From: Oscillospiraceae bacterium
GTDB taxonomy: Bacteria > Bacillota > Clostridia > Oscillospirales > Oscillospiraceae
Direction of reading: 5' to 3'
Length of the DNA stretch: 64,000 nt
Assembly (NCBI GenBank): GCA_902767915.1
Contig: CACXJE010000004.1
Location: 22,692 to 86,691 of the forward strand
The position numbers and the translations under genes were made by a program. The notes under the pieces were generated by a model. That model made no database searches. It was not told the origin of the DNA and worked only from the letters and a program-made list of their open reading frames with translations. The number at the start of each line of letters is the position of its first letter. Position 1 is the stretch's first letter. Below are positions 17,990 through 26,601 of this stretch, piece by piece.

Positions 17990-18838
17990 TCAGATGCCAT
18001 ACTCACGCTTGGAGCCGAGATGTTCCACCCGGTAGACGTCTGTCCGTCTGTGCGCCAGGAGGGGCAGCTCCGCCCGGATCTGATCCACCAGGTCCAGATC
18101 CAGCTCCACGAACCGGATTCCCTCGGCTTCTTCCATCTGGGTCACAACCCGCCCCCAGGGATCTGTGACGATGGAGTGGCCCCAGGCGTGGTAGCCGGCC
18201 TCCACGTCTCGGGCCGGAGAGGTGGCGACGCAGAACACCTGGTTGTCCACCGCCCGCTGCCGGAACAGCAGCTCCCAATGGGCCGGACCGGTGGTCAGGT
18301 TGAAGGCGGCGGGAACCAGGATCAGCTTCGCGCCTCGGTCCACCATCAGCCGGAACAGCTCCGGGAACCGGGCGTCGTAGCAGATGCAGAGGCCCATCTT
18401 GCAGAACTCCGTGTCGAACACCGTGACCCGGTCCCCTGCAGTCAGCGTCGCGGATTCCATAAAATGCTGCCCGCCGGTGATCTGAATGTCGAACAGGTGC
18501 ATCTTGCGGTGCCGGGCTGCCTCCTTGCCGCTGCGGTCAAAGACGTAGGCCGTGTTGTAGACCTTGCCGTCCTCCCGCTCCGCAATGGACCCGCCGGAGA
18601 GCCAGATCCCGTATTCCGCGGCCAGCTCCGAAAGAAACCGCCAGGAAGGCCCGAAGCGCGGCTCGGCAAAGCTCGGAAACAGCTCCTGCTGATAGGGCCC
18701 GTTCCAGATCTCCGGCAGCGTCACCAGGTCGATCCCCTGCCCCGCCGCCTGCTCCACCAGCGCCCGGACGTGTTCTCTGCGCTCCTCCGCAGTCCCGCGC
18801 AGGAGCGCCTGGATCATCGCAATCCGTATCTTGTTCAT
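17990..18838 (-). CDS. Carbon-nitrogen hydrolase (nitrilase superfamily, omega-amidase-like)
   Basis: Start trimmed to ATG 18838 (MNKIRIAMIQ). Catalytic E-K-C context: LVTLPEIWN, HRKMHLFD, LCICYDARFPE. Confidence 0.8.
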   Translation of the reverse strand: MNKIRIAMIQALLRGTAEERREHVRALVEQAAGQGIDLVTLPEIWNGPYQQELFPSFAEPRFGPSWRFLSELAAEYGIWLSGGSIAEREDGKVYNTAYVFDRSGKEAARHRKMHLFDIQITGGQHFMESATLTAGDRVTVFDTEFCKMGLCICYDARFPELFRLMVDRGAKLILVPAAFNLTTGPAHWELLFRQRAVDNQVFCVATSPARDVEAGYHAWGHSIVTDPWGRVVTQMEEAEGIRFVELDLDLVDQIRAELPLLAHRRTDVYRVEHLGSKREYGI

Positions 18839-19191
18839 GCAAATCCGCCTCCCGGATAAGAATCGCGCATTGTTTTCGAAAACAGTATACCGCACAATCG
18901 GCAAAAACGCAACCAATGATTCGATCGATAGGGCTGCAAAAGACATAGTCGTCGGATCATTGCGTTCATTTTCGGAAAACGCACTGTTTACCACGACGGA
19001 TAAGCAAACTGCCTCGGCAACAGCATCGCAATGGGAATAGCAAATCTGCAGATCCCGTTTTTTAATACCAGATCATCAGAATAGAATCACGGACTGGAGC
19101 AGGAAAATGAAGATCAACTAATTCTGCCTTTTTGCTCTATAATGCGGACTTCTGGATATTGGGCTTTTTCTGCATTTTTAGTCCATCTTCA

Positions 19192-19240
19192 CAAAATAAT
19201 CCTAAACCGAGTGCCCCTCGGTTCAGGATTATTTTTTATT
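19192..19240. terminator. Bidirectional rho-independent terminator
   Basis: 17-bp stem AATAATCCTAAACCGAG / CTCGGTTCAGGATTATT (one G-T pair) with a T-run to 19238; ~100 nt downstream of the cassette's last gene. Confidence 0.75.
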
Positions 19241-19337
19241 GCGGTCTCGTCACCACAAGATTTACAGAAACAAACGATTGCTCAATGACTTAGTCTTCGC
19301 CCTCATCGAGAAACACGTCCAACCTGCTGTTATCGCC

Positions 19338-19547
19338 TCACGCCACCAAGACGGATGCAATGTAATTGATGCCGCGAAAAGTCTTTTCTGTTTCGCCCGA
19401 TGATGTCTGCGGGTCGATTCTTCTTAGACGTATGCTATATTTGTTATTGTCTGACTGACGGATAAGCGAACCAGGCAGGCTTTTTTCCGAAGCTGATATG
19501 ACAGCAGTTGTTTCCGAAATCGATGTGTAATAAACTTCAATTTCCAC
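19338..19547 (-). CDS. Hypothetical small protein (AT-rich cassette, gene 3)
   Basis: 69 aa; overlaps the upstream gene's end by 11 nt. Confidence 0.4.
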   Translation of the reverse strand: MEIEVYYTSISETTAVISASEKSLPGSLIRQSDNNKYSIRLRRIDPQTSSGETEKTFRGINYIASVLVA

Positions 19548-19992
19548 CCAATGCCCATCCCATTTTATACGGAATCTGGATAAAGTCTATGGTGTTGCCA
19601 ACGCCCACATAAAAGGTGTTTCCTGTCCCGGCATAGTATTTACCTTCCTGGATGGAGGAGAAAACACCATCATTCTGCCAAGTTGACGATGGAGAAGAAT
19701 CATCTGGCGCTGTAACGTTTGCCATTCTCTTATAGCCTCCCGCCATGTTGACAACGCTTCCGTCTTGCAGTACAACGATGCCCATCTTTCCTCCAACCGT
19801 TCCAGAGCCCTGATTCACCGTTCCCCGAATGTTCCAAATCAGAATTTCGTTTGGAGCTGTCGGCGAGATCGCAGCATTGTTGAATTCGGCATTCACTAAA
19901 CCTGCCGTAGTTGTGTACTGTGTATATTTTGCTCCCTGCAGGGTTGCCAGTGCTGCCATCATAGCGCGTCTGCGCTGCATCATGTCATCCAT
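19537..19992 (-). CDS. Hypothetical protein (AT-rich cassette, gene 2)
   Basis: 151 aa. N-terminus MDDMMQRRRAMMAALATL; Gly/Thr/Asn-rich, beta-like composition. Confidence 0.5.
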   Translation of the reverse strand: MDDMMQRRRAMMAALATLQGAKYTQYTTTAGLVNAEFNNAAISPTAPNEILIWNIRGTVNQGSGTVGGKMGIVVLQDGSVVNMAGGYKRMANVTAPDDSSPSSTWQNDGVFSSIQEGKYYAGTGNTFYVGVGNTIDFIQIPYKMGWALGGN

Positions 19993-20004
19993 CTTGTTAC
20001 CTCC

Positions 20005-20367
20005 TCATTCATCCCGGATTTCCCAACTGGCTACCAGCGCGTAGCCATCCTGTACATTGAGCTCATATCGCGTATTTGCCTGTATAGTGTAGTCTTTCGG
20101 CATGACGAGTGCTTGCGGCACAGTCAAAACTGTCGGCACAGCACCGGACGTGAAGCTGACAGCAAAACTGCCCCTGGTCGGATAGTCCGTAATCGTCAGG
20201 CCGGTCAAAGTTCCGCAGTTATAGACACTTTCCGCTTGCGGATTGAGTGTAATCTCAGTCCCTGGCAACTCAACACACTGGACAGTGTTGCCCGACGGTA
20301 CAATCAGCTTTGCGCTGACAACCTCTCCGAGATCGCTTTTGAAATTTGAAATTACATAGGGTTTCAT
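20005..20367 (-). CDS. Hypothetical protein (AT-rich cassette, gene 1)
   Basis: Start trimmed to ATG 20367 (MKPYVISNF) with AGAGGAGGAAAAA upstream; 120 aa. Confidence 0.5.
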   Translation of the reverse strand: MKPYVISNFKSDLGEVVSAKLIVPSGNTVQCVELPGTEITLNPQAESVYNCGTLTGLTITDYPTRGSFAVSFTSGAVPTVLTVPQALVMPKDYTIQANTRYELNVQDGYALVASWEIRDE

Positions 20368-20483
20368 TTGTTTTTCCTCCTCTTTTGCATAGTTCGTTCT
20401 TCCTTTCATTTTTCCCAGTAGGAGATGCTTGAAAAACGAGATCCTCCCTCCACATAATAATCATCTTATTAAGATACTTTATA

Positions 20484-20516
20484 TACAAAATAAAAGCAGT
20501 TCCCACGCTGCTTTTA
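20484..20516 (-). terminator. Rho-independent terminator ending the glycopolymer locus
   Basis: Stem AAAAGCAG / CTGCTTTT (20492-20499 / 20508-20515), followed on the minus strand by ATTTTGT. Confidence 0.6.
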
Positions 20517-20576
20517 TTATACCATATATTAATCACTTTTTCAGGATATTTTTCGCATTTTTTCTGATTCGTTTTT

Positions 20577-21485
20577 TCAATCCTTCGGATATAGCTCCAC
20601 CACACATATTTCGGGTGGGTTAAAAAATCTAGGAAGTCCGTAACTACCAGCCATACCAGTCGTCAGGATACAAGTTGCCTTCGAGCCGACAAACATTCCC
20701 TTCGTGTAGGGCGGGAATTTGCCGACGTAGGGGGCGTAGAGCCCCTGCTCCAGGATGGGAATGCGGATGACCCCGCCGTGGTAGTGGCCCGAGAGGACCA
20801 GATCGACGGAATCCTTGTGGATAAATCCCCAGTCCAGCCAACCGGTGGGGATGTGGTTGAGCAGGAGCTTGAAGCTCTCCGTGCGCTTGAAGGCTCCGAA
20901 GAAGTCTTTTTCCTTCTGAATCAGCTCCGGGTCATGGGTCATCATGTGGGGGTAGGGATAATAGCCCATGTACCCGCCCAGGCGAATCGGATTGCCGTTG
21001 ACGGTGATGTCCTGAAACTCGTCGTTCACCACAACCGCCCCGGCCTCCCGAATCCGGTCCAGAAGCCCGGCGGCGTCGGTTTCCAGATAGCTCGTCTCGT
21101 GATTGCCCAGGCCAAAATAGGTCGGGGCGATTTCCGTGCAGGCCCGGATAAAGCCGCACATGGCGTCGATCTCCGCCGCCTCGGCGTCCTCGTTGAAGAT
21201 GTCGCCCACCAGGGCGATCAGGTCCGGCTCCTGGGCTGTGATCTTCGCGAGCAGTCTGGAATTGTCCTTCCCGAACTCCCTGCCGTGGAGATCGGAGAGG
21301 AAGACGATCCGGACCGGCGCGGCAAGCTTCTCCGAGGAAAGGCTGTAGCTGCTGACCGCAAGATGATAGTTGGACCAGAGCAGCTCGCCCAGACCCAGCA
21401 GGAGCAGCGCCAACAGGATAGCCAGCAGTCGCCGAAGTACTTTTTTCTTTTTCAAACAGATTGTCTCCTTATACCGCTTTTGCAA
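20577..21485 (-). CDS. Membrane-anchored metallophosphoesterase (YkuE-like)
   Basis: 302 aa. N-terminal TM; motifs LSDLHG, GDIFNED, GNHE, SGHYHGG. Confidence 0.75.
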   Translation of the reverse strand: MQKRYKETICLKKKKVLRRLLAILLALLLLGLGELLWSNYHLAVSSYSLSSEKLAAPVRIVFLSDLHGREFGKDNSRLLAKITAQEPDLIALVGDIFNEDAEAAEIDAMCGFIRACTEIAPTYFGLGNHETSYLETDAAGLLDRIREAGAVVVNDEFQDITVNGNPIRLGGYMGYYPYPHMMTHDPELIQKEKDFFGAFKRTESFKLLLNHIPTGWLDWGFIHKDSVDLVLSGHYHGGVIRIPILEQGLYAPYVGKFPPYTKGMFVGSKATCILTTGMAGSYGLPRFFNPPEICVVELYPKD

Positions 21486-22536
21486 AGCGCTTCGTCAAAA
21501 ACCCGCTCAGCCTGTTCAGATGCCACGCCGCAAAAACGGCAAGCACATAGGCTGCAATATTCATAAAAAAGATCGCGACGGTGCTATAGTTGGAATAAGT
21601 CGTATAAACCAGCAGGACTCTCTCATGGATCAGATAAACAGGCAGTGTAATCTGGCCCAAAACCGACAGAAACCGCCAGGAAATTTTCCGTTTTTTCAAG
21701 CCGTGAAGGGCGCTTCCAACCGTTCCGCACAGCAGAATCGAGCAGGGCAGAAACAACACACGCTCCAGCCACCTGCAAAAAAACAGATCGGCAAAGCTGT
21801 TCACCGTTAGCAGGATCAGGCAGCCAAGGAGCAGGAGGGCGCTGCGGAGGGGCGGCAACTCGAAATCTTCCTGGCGGCACGCCCTCTGTGCCAGTAGGAG
21901 GCCGGCGAAAAATGTGGGAACGCGCACGGCAAAAAGCCGCGCAATCCCTTCCAGCGCGCACTCCCCGAGCTGCGTCATGCAGTAAAAGCTCCCAAGATAC
22001 AGGACAGCAGAGAGGAGATACAGGACGACCCGCGCTCTTTCGGCAGTCCGGTACAAAAGCGGAAAGAGAAGATACAGCAGAATAATCGCGCTGATAAACC
22101 AGACCGTCGCCTCGCCGCTGATGAAGAAAGAAATCAGGGTGTATTTCCAGAGGAAGGAAGCGGCGGTTTCTATTCTCAGCGCAAGGGAGATCACAAACCA
22201 GGCCGCCGCAAACAGGAAATAGGTCGGGAAAATGCGCAGAAGTCTTTTTTTATAAAAATGCCAGGGGTTTGGATCACGCCTCATGGAATGATAGAGGCCG
22301 AAGCCAGAGAGGAGGAAGAACAGATCGACGCCAATGGAAAACAGCCACCGGATATGCGAATAAATGCCGGAGACCGCGGCGTTTGGAATGCGATAGGTGC
22401 TGTGATAGAGCATGATAAGGACCATTGCAACACCCATCAGTTCCACCCGATACTCCCGGATTCGGGCGATTAGTCCATTCTCAGCCGTTCCTCTTTGAAA
22501 TTTCTTTTTTGATCCTGTCATAGTTTTTCGCTCCAA
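21469..22536 (-). CDS. Acyltransferase family 3 (O-acyltransferase), polytopic
   Basis: 355 aa, about 10 TM segments. RVELMGVAMVLIMLYHS and FFLLSGF are typical of AT3. Start uncertain (22536 or 22521); overlaps the upstream stop. Confidence 0.7.
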   Translation of the reverse strand: MERKTMTGSKKKFQRGTAENGLIARIREYRVELMGVAMVLIMLYHSTYRIPNAAVSGIYSHIRWLFSIGVDLFFLLSGFGLYHSMRRDPNPWHFYKKRLLRIFPTYFLFAAAWFVISLALRIETAASFLWKYTLISFFISGEATVWFISAIILLYLLFPLLYRTAERARVVLYLLSAVLYLGSFYCMTQLGECALEGIARLFAVRVPTFFAGLLLAQRACRQEDFELPPLRSALLLLGCLILLTVNSFADLFFCRWLERVLFLPCSILLCGTVGSALHGLKKRKISWRFLSVLGQITLPVYLIHERVLLVYTTYSNYSTVAIFFMNIAAYVLAVFAAWHLNRLSGFLTKRFAKAV

Positions 22537-23272
22537 TCAGCTTTCTGATAAAGCGCTTCGGGCCGTTGATCCAGCGCTCATGGCGCAGCTCTTTTTTCAT
22601 TTTCGCGGAGGTCCGCTTGAACCAGGCCTTCTCCTTTTCGCTGTACCAGCTGGAGGCGTAGCGGTGGATGGAGACGGTGTTTTCGGTCTTTTTGAGGACC
22701 CCGGTCAGGTAATCCAGGGGGCGGAACCAGTCCGTGGGGAAGACGGCCGCGTTTCCGGGCAGGAGCTGGCGGCTGTTGTCGCAGACCAGGCCGTGCCGGA
22801 CAAGGGCCTCGGTGTTCCGGACGGGGCAGGGGGTCAGGTCGAAGCTCCCGTCCTCCAGGACGAAGGGGATGTCCTGATAATCCGCCAGCATGTCCGCCAG
22901 GATCGGGCTGCCCTTCTCCGCGCCGAAGCCCAGGCCGGTGTTGACGTGGACCTCGTCCTCGAAACCAAAGTAAGCCGAATAAGCCAGCAGGGCCTCCGGA
23001 CTCTTCACCAGCTCCACGTCGGTATCGAAGTAGATGCCGCCGTTTTCATAGAGGATGCGCAGCCGGGCGTAGTCCGAGACAAAGGCCCATTTTTTGGCCT
23101 CATAGGCCTGCCGGACGTAGAGCGGGGCCGCGGACAAGTCGAAGTTGGATTCGTTCCACTCGACGATTCGATAGTCTGGACAGTACTTTTTCCAGCTTTT
23201 GATACACTTTTTTGCCAGCTCCGGCAGAGGATTGCCGCCGAACCAGCAGTAGTGGATGATTTTCGGGATCAT
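22481..23272 (-). CDS. Glycosyltransferase, GT32-like (DXD sugar-binding region)
   Basis: Start trimmed to ATG 23272 (MIPKIIHYCWFGG...). YFDTDVE DxD motif. The upstream 377 aa of track ORF 22481..24403 is an Arg/Gly/Pro-rich shadow of the FeS gene. Confidence 0.75.
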   Translation of the reverse strand: MIPKIIHYCWFGGNPLPELAKKCIKSWKKYCPDYRIVEWNESNFDLSAAPLYVRQAYEAKKWAFVSDYARLRILYENGGIYFDTDVELVKSPEALLAYSAYFGFEDEVHVNTGLGFGAEKGSPILADMLADYQDIPFVLEDGSFDLTPCPVRNTEALVRHGLVCDNSRQLLPGNAAVFPTDWFRPLDYLTGVLKKTENTVSIHRYASSWYSEKEKAWFKRTSAKMKKELRHERWINGPKRFIRKLIGAKNYDRIKKEISKRNG

Positions 23273-23292
23273 TTGCCTCTTCCTTTCCGCGG

Positions 23293-24468
23293 CTAATTGT
23301 GAAAGATCTTCTCGTAGCGCTTGTTGCCGAGGGCTCTGCGGGCAAACCAGCGCAGCCGCCGCTCCAGGGTGTACTCCCCCTGGTATTTGCCGGCCACCAC
23401 GTCGAAGGGCCTGCGGCGCAGTTCCTTCAGGAAGGCCTCCCGGTTCGGGTTGTGGGTCTCGGACGCCACCAGGGCGCCGTTTTCCTTGACGGCCGCGTCG
23501 AAGTCCAGGGGGTAGAGCCGGACGGAGGCGGAAATCTTCTCCAGAAAGGCGGCGGCCTTCCCGGAGTTGACGAGCAGGAGCGAAACGCCCTTGTCGTCGT
23601 TGATCCCGGGAAGCAGATTGTCCACGCCCCAGAGATCCGCAAGCGTAAAGTCCGCCAGGCGATACCTGTCCTTGAAATCGCAGGCGTAACAGCAGGGGCG
23701 GGAGCAGATGCCCCGCAGATAGGCGATGATATAGGGGTGCTTGAACTGGCTCAGCTCGTAGAAGGAGCCGTCCCGGAAGTCCATGCGCAGATGCCAGTTC
23801 TTCCAGCCGTGGGCCTTGTCGCGGAAGAAGACGCGCTCGGTCTTGGCCCGGGCCAGGCGCTCCCGGAGCTGAACGTATTTTCTCCAGGCCATTGGGGAGG
23901 GCACGCCGTGGCAGATCAGGTCCTGGGTGAGCAAATTCGGATAGTCCTTGCCCAGGAAGCCGAGCAGGCCCGAGGTCTGACAGGCCGTGCCGGAGAAATA
24001 GACCAGCCGCCCGGCGTCCAGACATTGCTTCGCCTGCACATAGCAGTCGCCGATCCGGCTCTGGACGTACTTGCTGCCCCGGAGCCGGTCCAGCTCCTTC
24101 TCCTCGGTGACGGCGATGTGCCGGACCTCGAAATTCTCGTCGAAGGCCGCGCCGAAGACCACGCCGCCCTGCCGCAGGACCGCGCTTGCCAGGGCTGAGA
24201 AGGCCCCGCCGGAGGAGCTTTTGCGCCGCACATCTTCGTCCCTGTGGATCAGGGCATAAGCGGCCACGTCCTCCCTGGTTCTCCGATTTTCCAGCGGGGA
24301 GAGGACGGGGCAGGCCTTCTCGCAGAGATTGCACTTGACGCAGGCCGCCGGGTCGATCCGCGGATACCAGAAGCCCTCTTTGTCTTCGACCATGCGGATG
24401 CACTGCTTGGGGCAGGCGCTGACGCAGGCGTAACAGCCCGTACAGCGCTGACCGATCTTGTCAATCAT
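23293..24468 (-). CDS. Coenzyme F420 hydrogenase/dehydrogenase beta-subunit-like FeS protein
   Basis: 391 aa with two ferredoxin-type motifs (CTGCYACVSACP, CVKCNLCEKACP). 4-nt overlap with the upstream pyruvyl transferase gene. Confidence 0.7.
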   Translation of the reverse strand: MIDKIGQRCTGCYACVSACPKQCIRMVEDKEGFWYPRIDPAACVKCNLCEKACPVLSPLENRRTREDVAAYALIHRDEDVRRKSSSGGAFSALASAVLRQGGVVFGAAFDENFEVRHIAVTEEKELDRLRGSKYVQSRIGDCYVQAKQCLDAGRLVYFSGTACQTSGLLGFLGKDYPNLLTQDLICHGVPSPMAWRKYVQLRERLARAKTERVFFRDKAHGWKNWHLRMDFRDGSFYELSQFKHPYIIAYLRGICSRPCCYACDFKDRYRLADFTLADLWGVDNLLPGINDDKGVSLLLVNSGKAAAFLEKISASVRLYPLDFDAAVKENGALVASETHNPNREAFLKELRRRPFDVVAGKYQGEYTLERRLRWFARRALGNKRYEKIFHN

Positions 24469-25658
24469 AGTTGGTCCTCCTGTATTGCCAATAAGCTGCG
24501 GGAGAGGTATTGCAGAGAAGCCTCCCGGAAGGCCGCGAGCTTCGCCGAAAGGGCGGCATGGTCCATCGCCTCCGGCCGGGGCGCGTCCGCCCGGTCCTCG
24601 CTGACAATCCGGTCCTCCAGGGAAAGCAGGCCGAAGAGGGATTCGATCCGCAGATTCTGGCTGTTGGGGTCGTCGGGACGGAAGCGCAGCAGATATTGAA
24701 AGTCCCGCTCAAAGAGCAGGGAGAAGATGGAGCCGTGGTAGGAGTCCGTCAGCACCCAGGCCGCGTCCCGGAACCGGGCGACGAATTCCCGGGGGCCGAT
24801 GACGCCGGTATCCACACAGCCCCGGCGCAGATGCTCCCAGCGGCTGGGCAGGAGCAGAAGCCGCAGCCCCAGCCGCTTCCCCAGGGCCTCCGCGTACCGG
24901 AAATACCAGGCCCGGTCCTCCAGAAAATAGCAGAGCAGATACTTCCCGCCGCGCTTTGGAACGGAGCGGCAGAAGTCCTCCCAGAAGGGCCGGTCGTGGA
25001 GGAGGGTGGGGTCCGCCACCCAGGAGACCTCCCGGCCCAGGAGCGCCGTCAGCTGCTCCGCGGAGCGGCTTTCCCGGACGGAGAGGGCGGAAAAGTCCTG
25101 CAAAAGTCCGGCAAGCTCCGCCGCCCGTTCATCGGAAATCCGCTCCGTGCCCAGGCTCGGGGCGTAGGCGAGCTTCGGTTTTTTCGCAAAGCTCAGGAAA
25201 TAATAGGGGTTGAAGTCGGCCGGGCGGAGGGACCAGATCTGATCGCTGCCGCAGAGAAAGGCGTCGTATTCCCCGTTCAGGACGGCGAGGCTGTCCGGCG
25301 AAAGCTCCCGGCGGACAGTCATATCCTGTTCAATAAAGGCGGCGATCGCCTTTTGGGATTCCTCGTAGGGGGCGGCGTAGCCCTCCCGGTCCAGCCGGGC
25401 CTTCAGGGCGCGCAGAAGCCTGCGGGGCTGCCGGAGCAGGCCGAGGCCCCGAGCCTCAGCTTCCACTTCGGCTGCGTCGTTCTCCACAGGCTTTGCCTTC
25501 TCATAGGGATGAAGCCTGCGGTGCTCTGCCAAGACCTCCCGGTCGGATAGGATCTCGTTTTCATACCCCAGCTGCCGGACCGCCTGCTGCAGGGCGCAGG
25601 CCTGGAGGACGGTGCCGTAGTTTTGGTAGGTGATCCAGGTGACTGTCGCGGTTTTCAT
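24465..25658 (-). CDS. Polysaccharide pyruvyl transferase family protein
   Basis: Start trimmed to ATG 25658 (MKTATVTWITYQNYGTVLQA) with AAGGAGAAG upstream. CGSDQIW motif. Confidence 0.7.
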   Translation of the reverse strand: MKTATVTWITYQNYGTVLQACALQQAVRQLGYENEILSDREVLAEHRRLHPYEKAKPVENDAAEVEAEARGLGLLRQPRRLLRALKARLDREGYAAPYEESQKAIAAFIEQDMTVRRELSPDSLAVLNGEYDAFLCGSDQIWSLRPADFNPYYFLSFAKKPKLAYAPSLGTERISDERAAELAGLLQDFSALSVRESRSAEQLTALLGREVSWVADPTLLHDRPFWEDFCRSVPKRGGKYLLCYFLEDRAWYFRYAEALGKRLGLRLLLLPSRWEHLRRGCVDTGVIGPREFVARFRDAAWVLTDSYHGSIFSLLFERDFQYLLRFRPDDPNSQNLRIESLFGLLSLEDRIVSEDRADAPRPEAMDHAALSAKLAAFREASLQYLSRSLLAIQEDQL

Positions 25659-25708
25659 AGGCTTCTCCTTATCGAATCGGAACGGCTTGTCCCTTGGCCG
25701 GCGGCGAA

Positions 25709-26596
25709 CTACCGGAGATGGAGCCGAAACTTGAGCAGCGTCTCCGAGAGCTTGACCCGGAACAGGACGGGATTCCTGTGCAGGATCTCCGCCATCTCCC
25801 GGACGCTCAGCCGATCCTTGCACAGCAGGTAGTAATCGCCGATCACGTCCCACTTGCCCGGCCCCTTGAGCTGGCCGTATTGGATCCGGTCGTAGATGTA
25901 CAGGCCCCAGCCCCGGGGATTTTTGCGGAAGCGCTCCTTGCTGCTGGCGGTCAGGCCGTCGGGCAGGTACTCGATTATCTTGATCGGCTGGTTGAAAAAC
26001 CGCATTTTCAGTCCGTCCGCCGCCATCTCGTAGAGGGCCGTCGCTTCGGTCAGGAAGTTTTCTCCCGGAAACTCCGCATAGGGGTACTTCCGCCAGACCT
26101 CCGTGTACAGAACCTCAGAACAGTCGCCGACAATCTCATTCCGGAGGCGTTCGATATAGGTCATATCCAGATAGCCGGGTCCCGCGAAGGAGCCCTTCAG
26201 GGGAAGCAGATCCGGGCCGCATTTTTGCCCGCAGACGCCCGCGAACCGGGGCTTTTCCTCCGGCGGGATGCTTTTTTCCACCCGATCGATGATCTCCAGG
26301 GCGTCATCGGTGAGATAATCATCGGAGTCCACACAGGTAAACAGCTCCCCCCGGGCCAGGCGGACGCCTAAGTTGTTGGCCCGGTGCTTTCCGCCGTTCT
26401 CCACCTTCTGATAGCGGATGGGGAAGCTCTGTTCTTCCTTCTGGAAGGCCGCGATCCGGGCCTCCGTATCGTCGGTAGAGCCGTCGTCTACGATAACCCA
26501 CTCAAAATCCCGGAAGCTCTGCCGCTGCAGGGAGCGGAACAGCTTCTCGATGCAATAGCCCCGGTTATAGGCCGGCGTAAAAACGGTAAATCGCAC
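25709..26596 (-). CDS. Glycosyltransferase family 2
   Basis: GTG start 26596 with GAGGAG 8 nt upstream. FTVFTPAYNRG...WVIVDDGSTDDT and DSDD motifs. Confidence 0.75.
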   Translation of the reverse strand: MRFTVFTPAYNRGYCIEKLFRSLQRQSFRDFEWVIVDDGSTDDTEARIAAFQKEEQSFPIRYQKVENGGKHRANNLGVRLARGELFTCVDSDDYLTDDALEIIDRVEKSIPPEEKPRFAGVCGQKCGPDLLPLKGSFAGPGYLDMTYIERLRNEIVGDCSEVLYTEVWRKYPYAEFPGENFLTEATALYEMAADGLKMRFFNQPIKIIEYLPDGLTASSKERFRKNPRGWGLYIYDRIQYGQLKGPGKWDVIGDYYLLCKDRLSVREMAEILHRNPVLFRVKLSETLLKFRLHLR

Positions 26597-26601
26597 GGCA
26601 A

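Noticed and set aside
23273-24403. N-terminal 377 aa of the 640-aa track ORF 22481..24403.
   Set aside because: It fully overlaps the FeS-protein gene in another frame and is Arg/Pro/Gly-rich. The GT32 domain begins at ATG 23272 (MIPKIIHYCWFGG).
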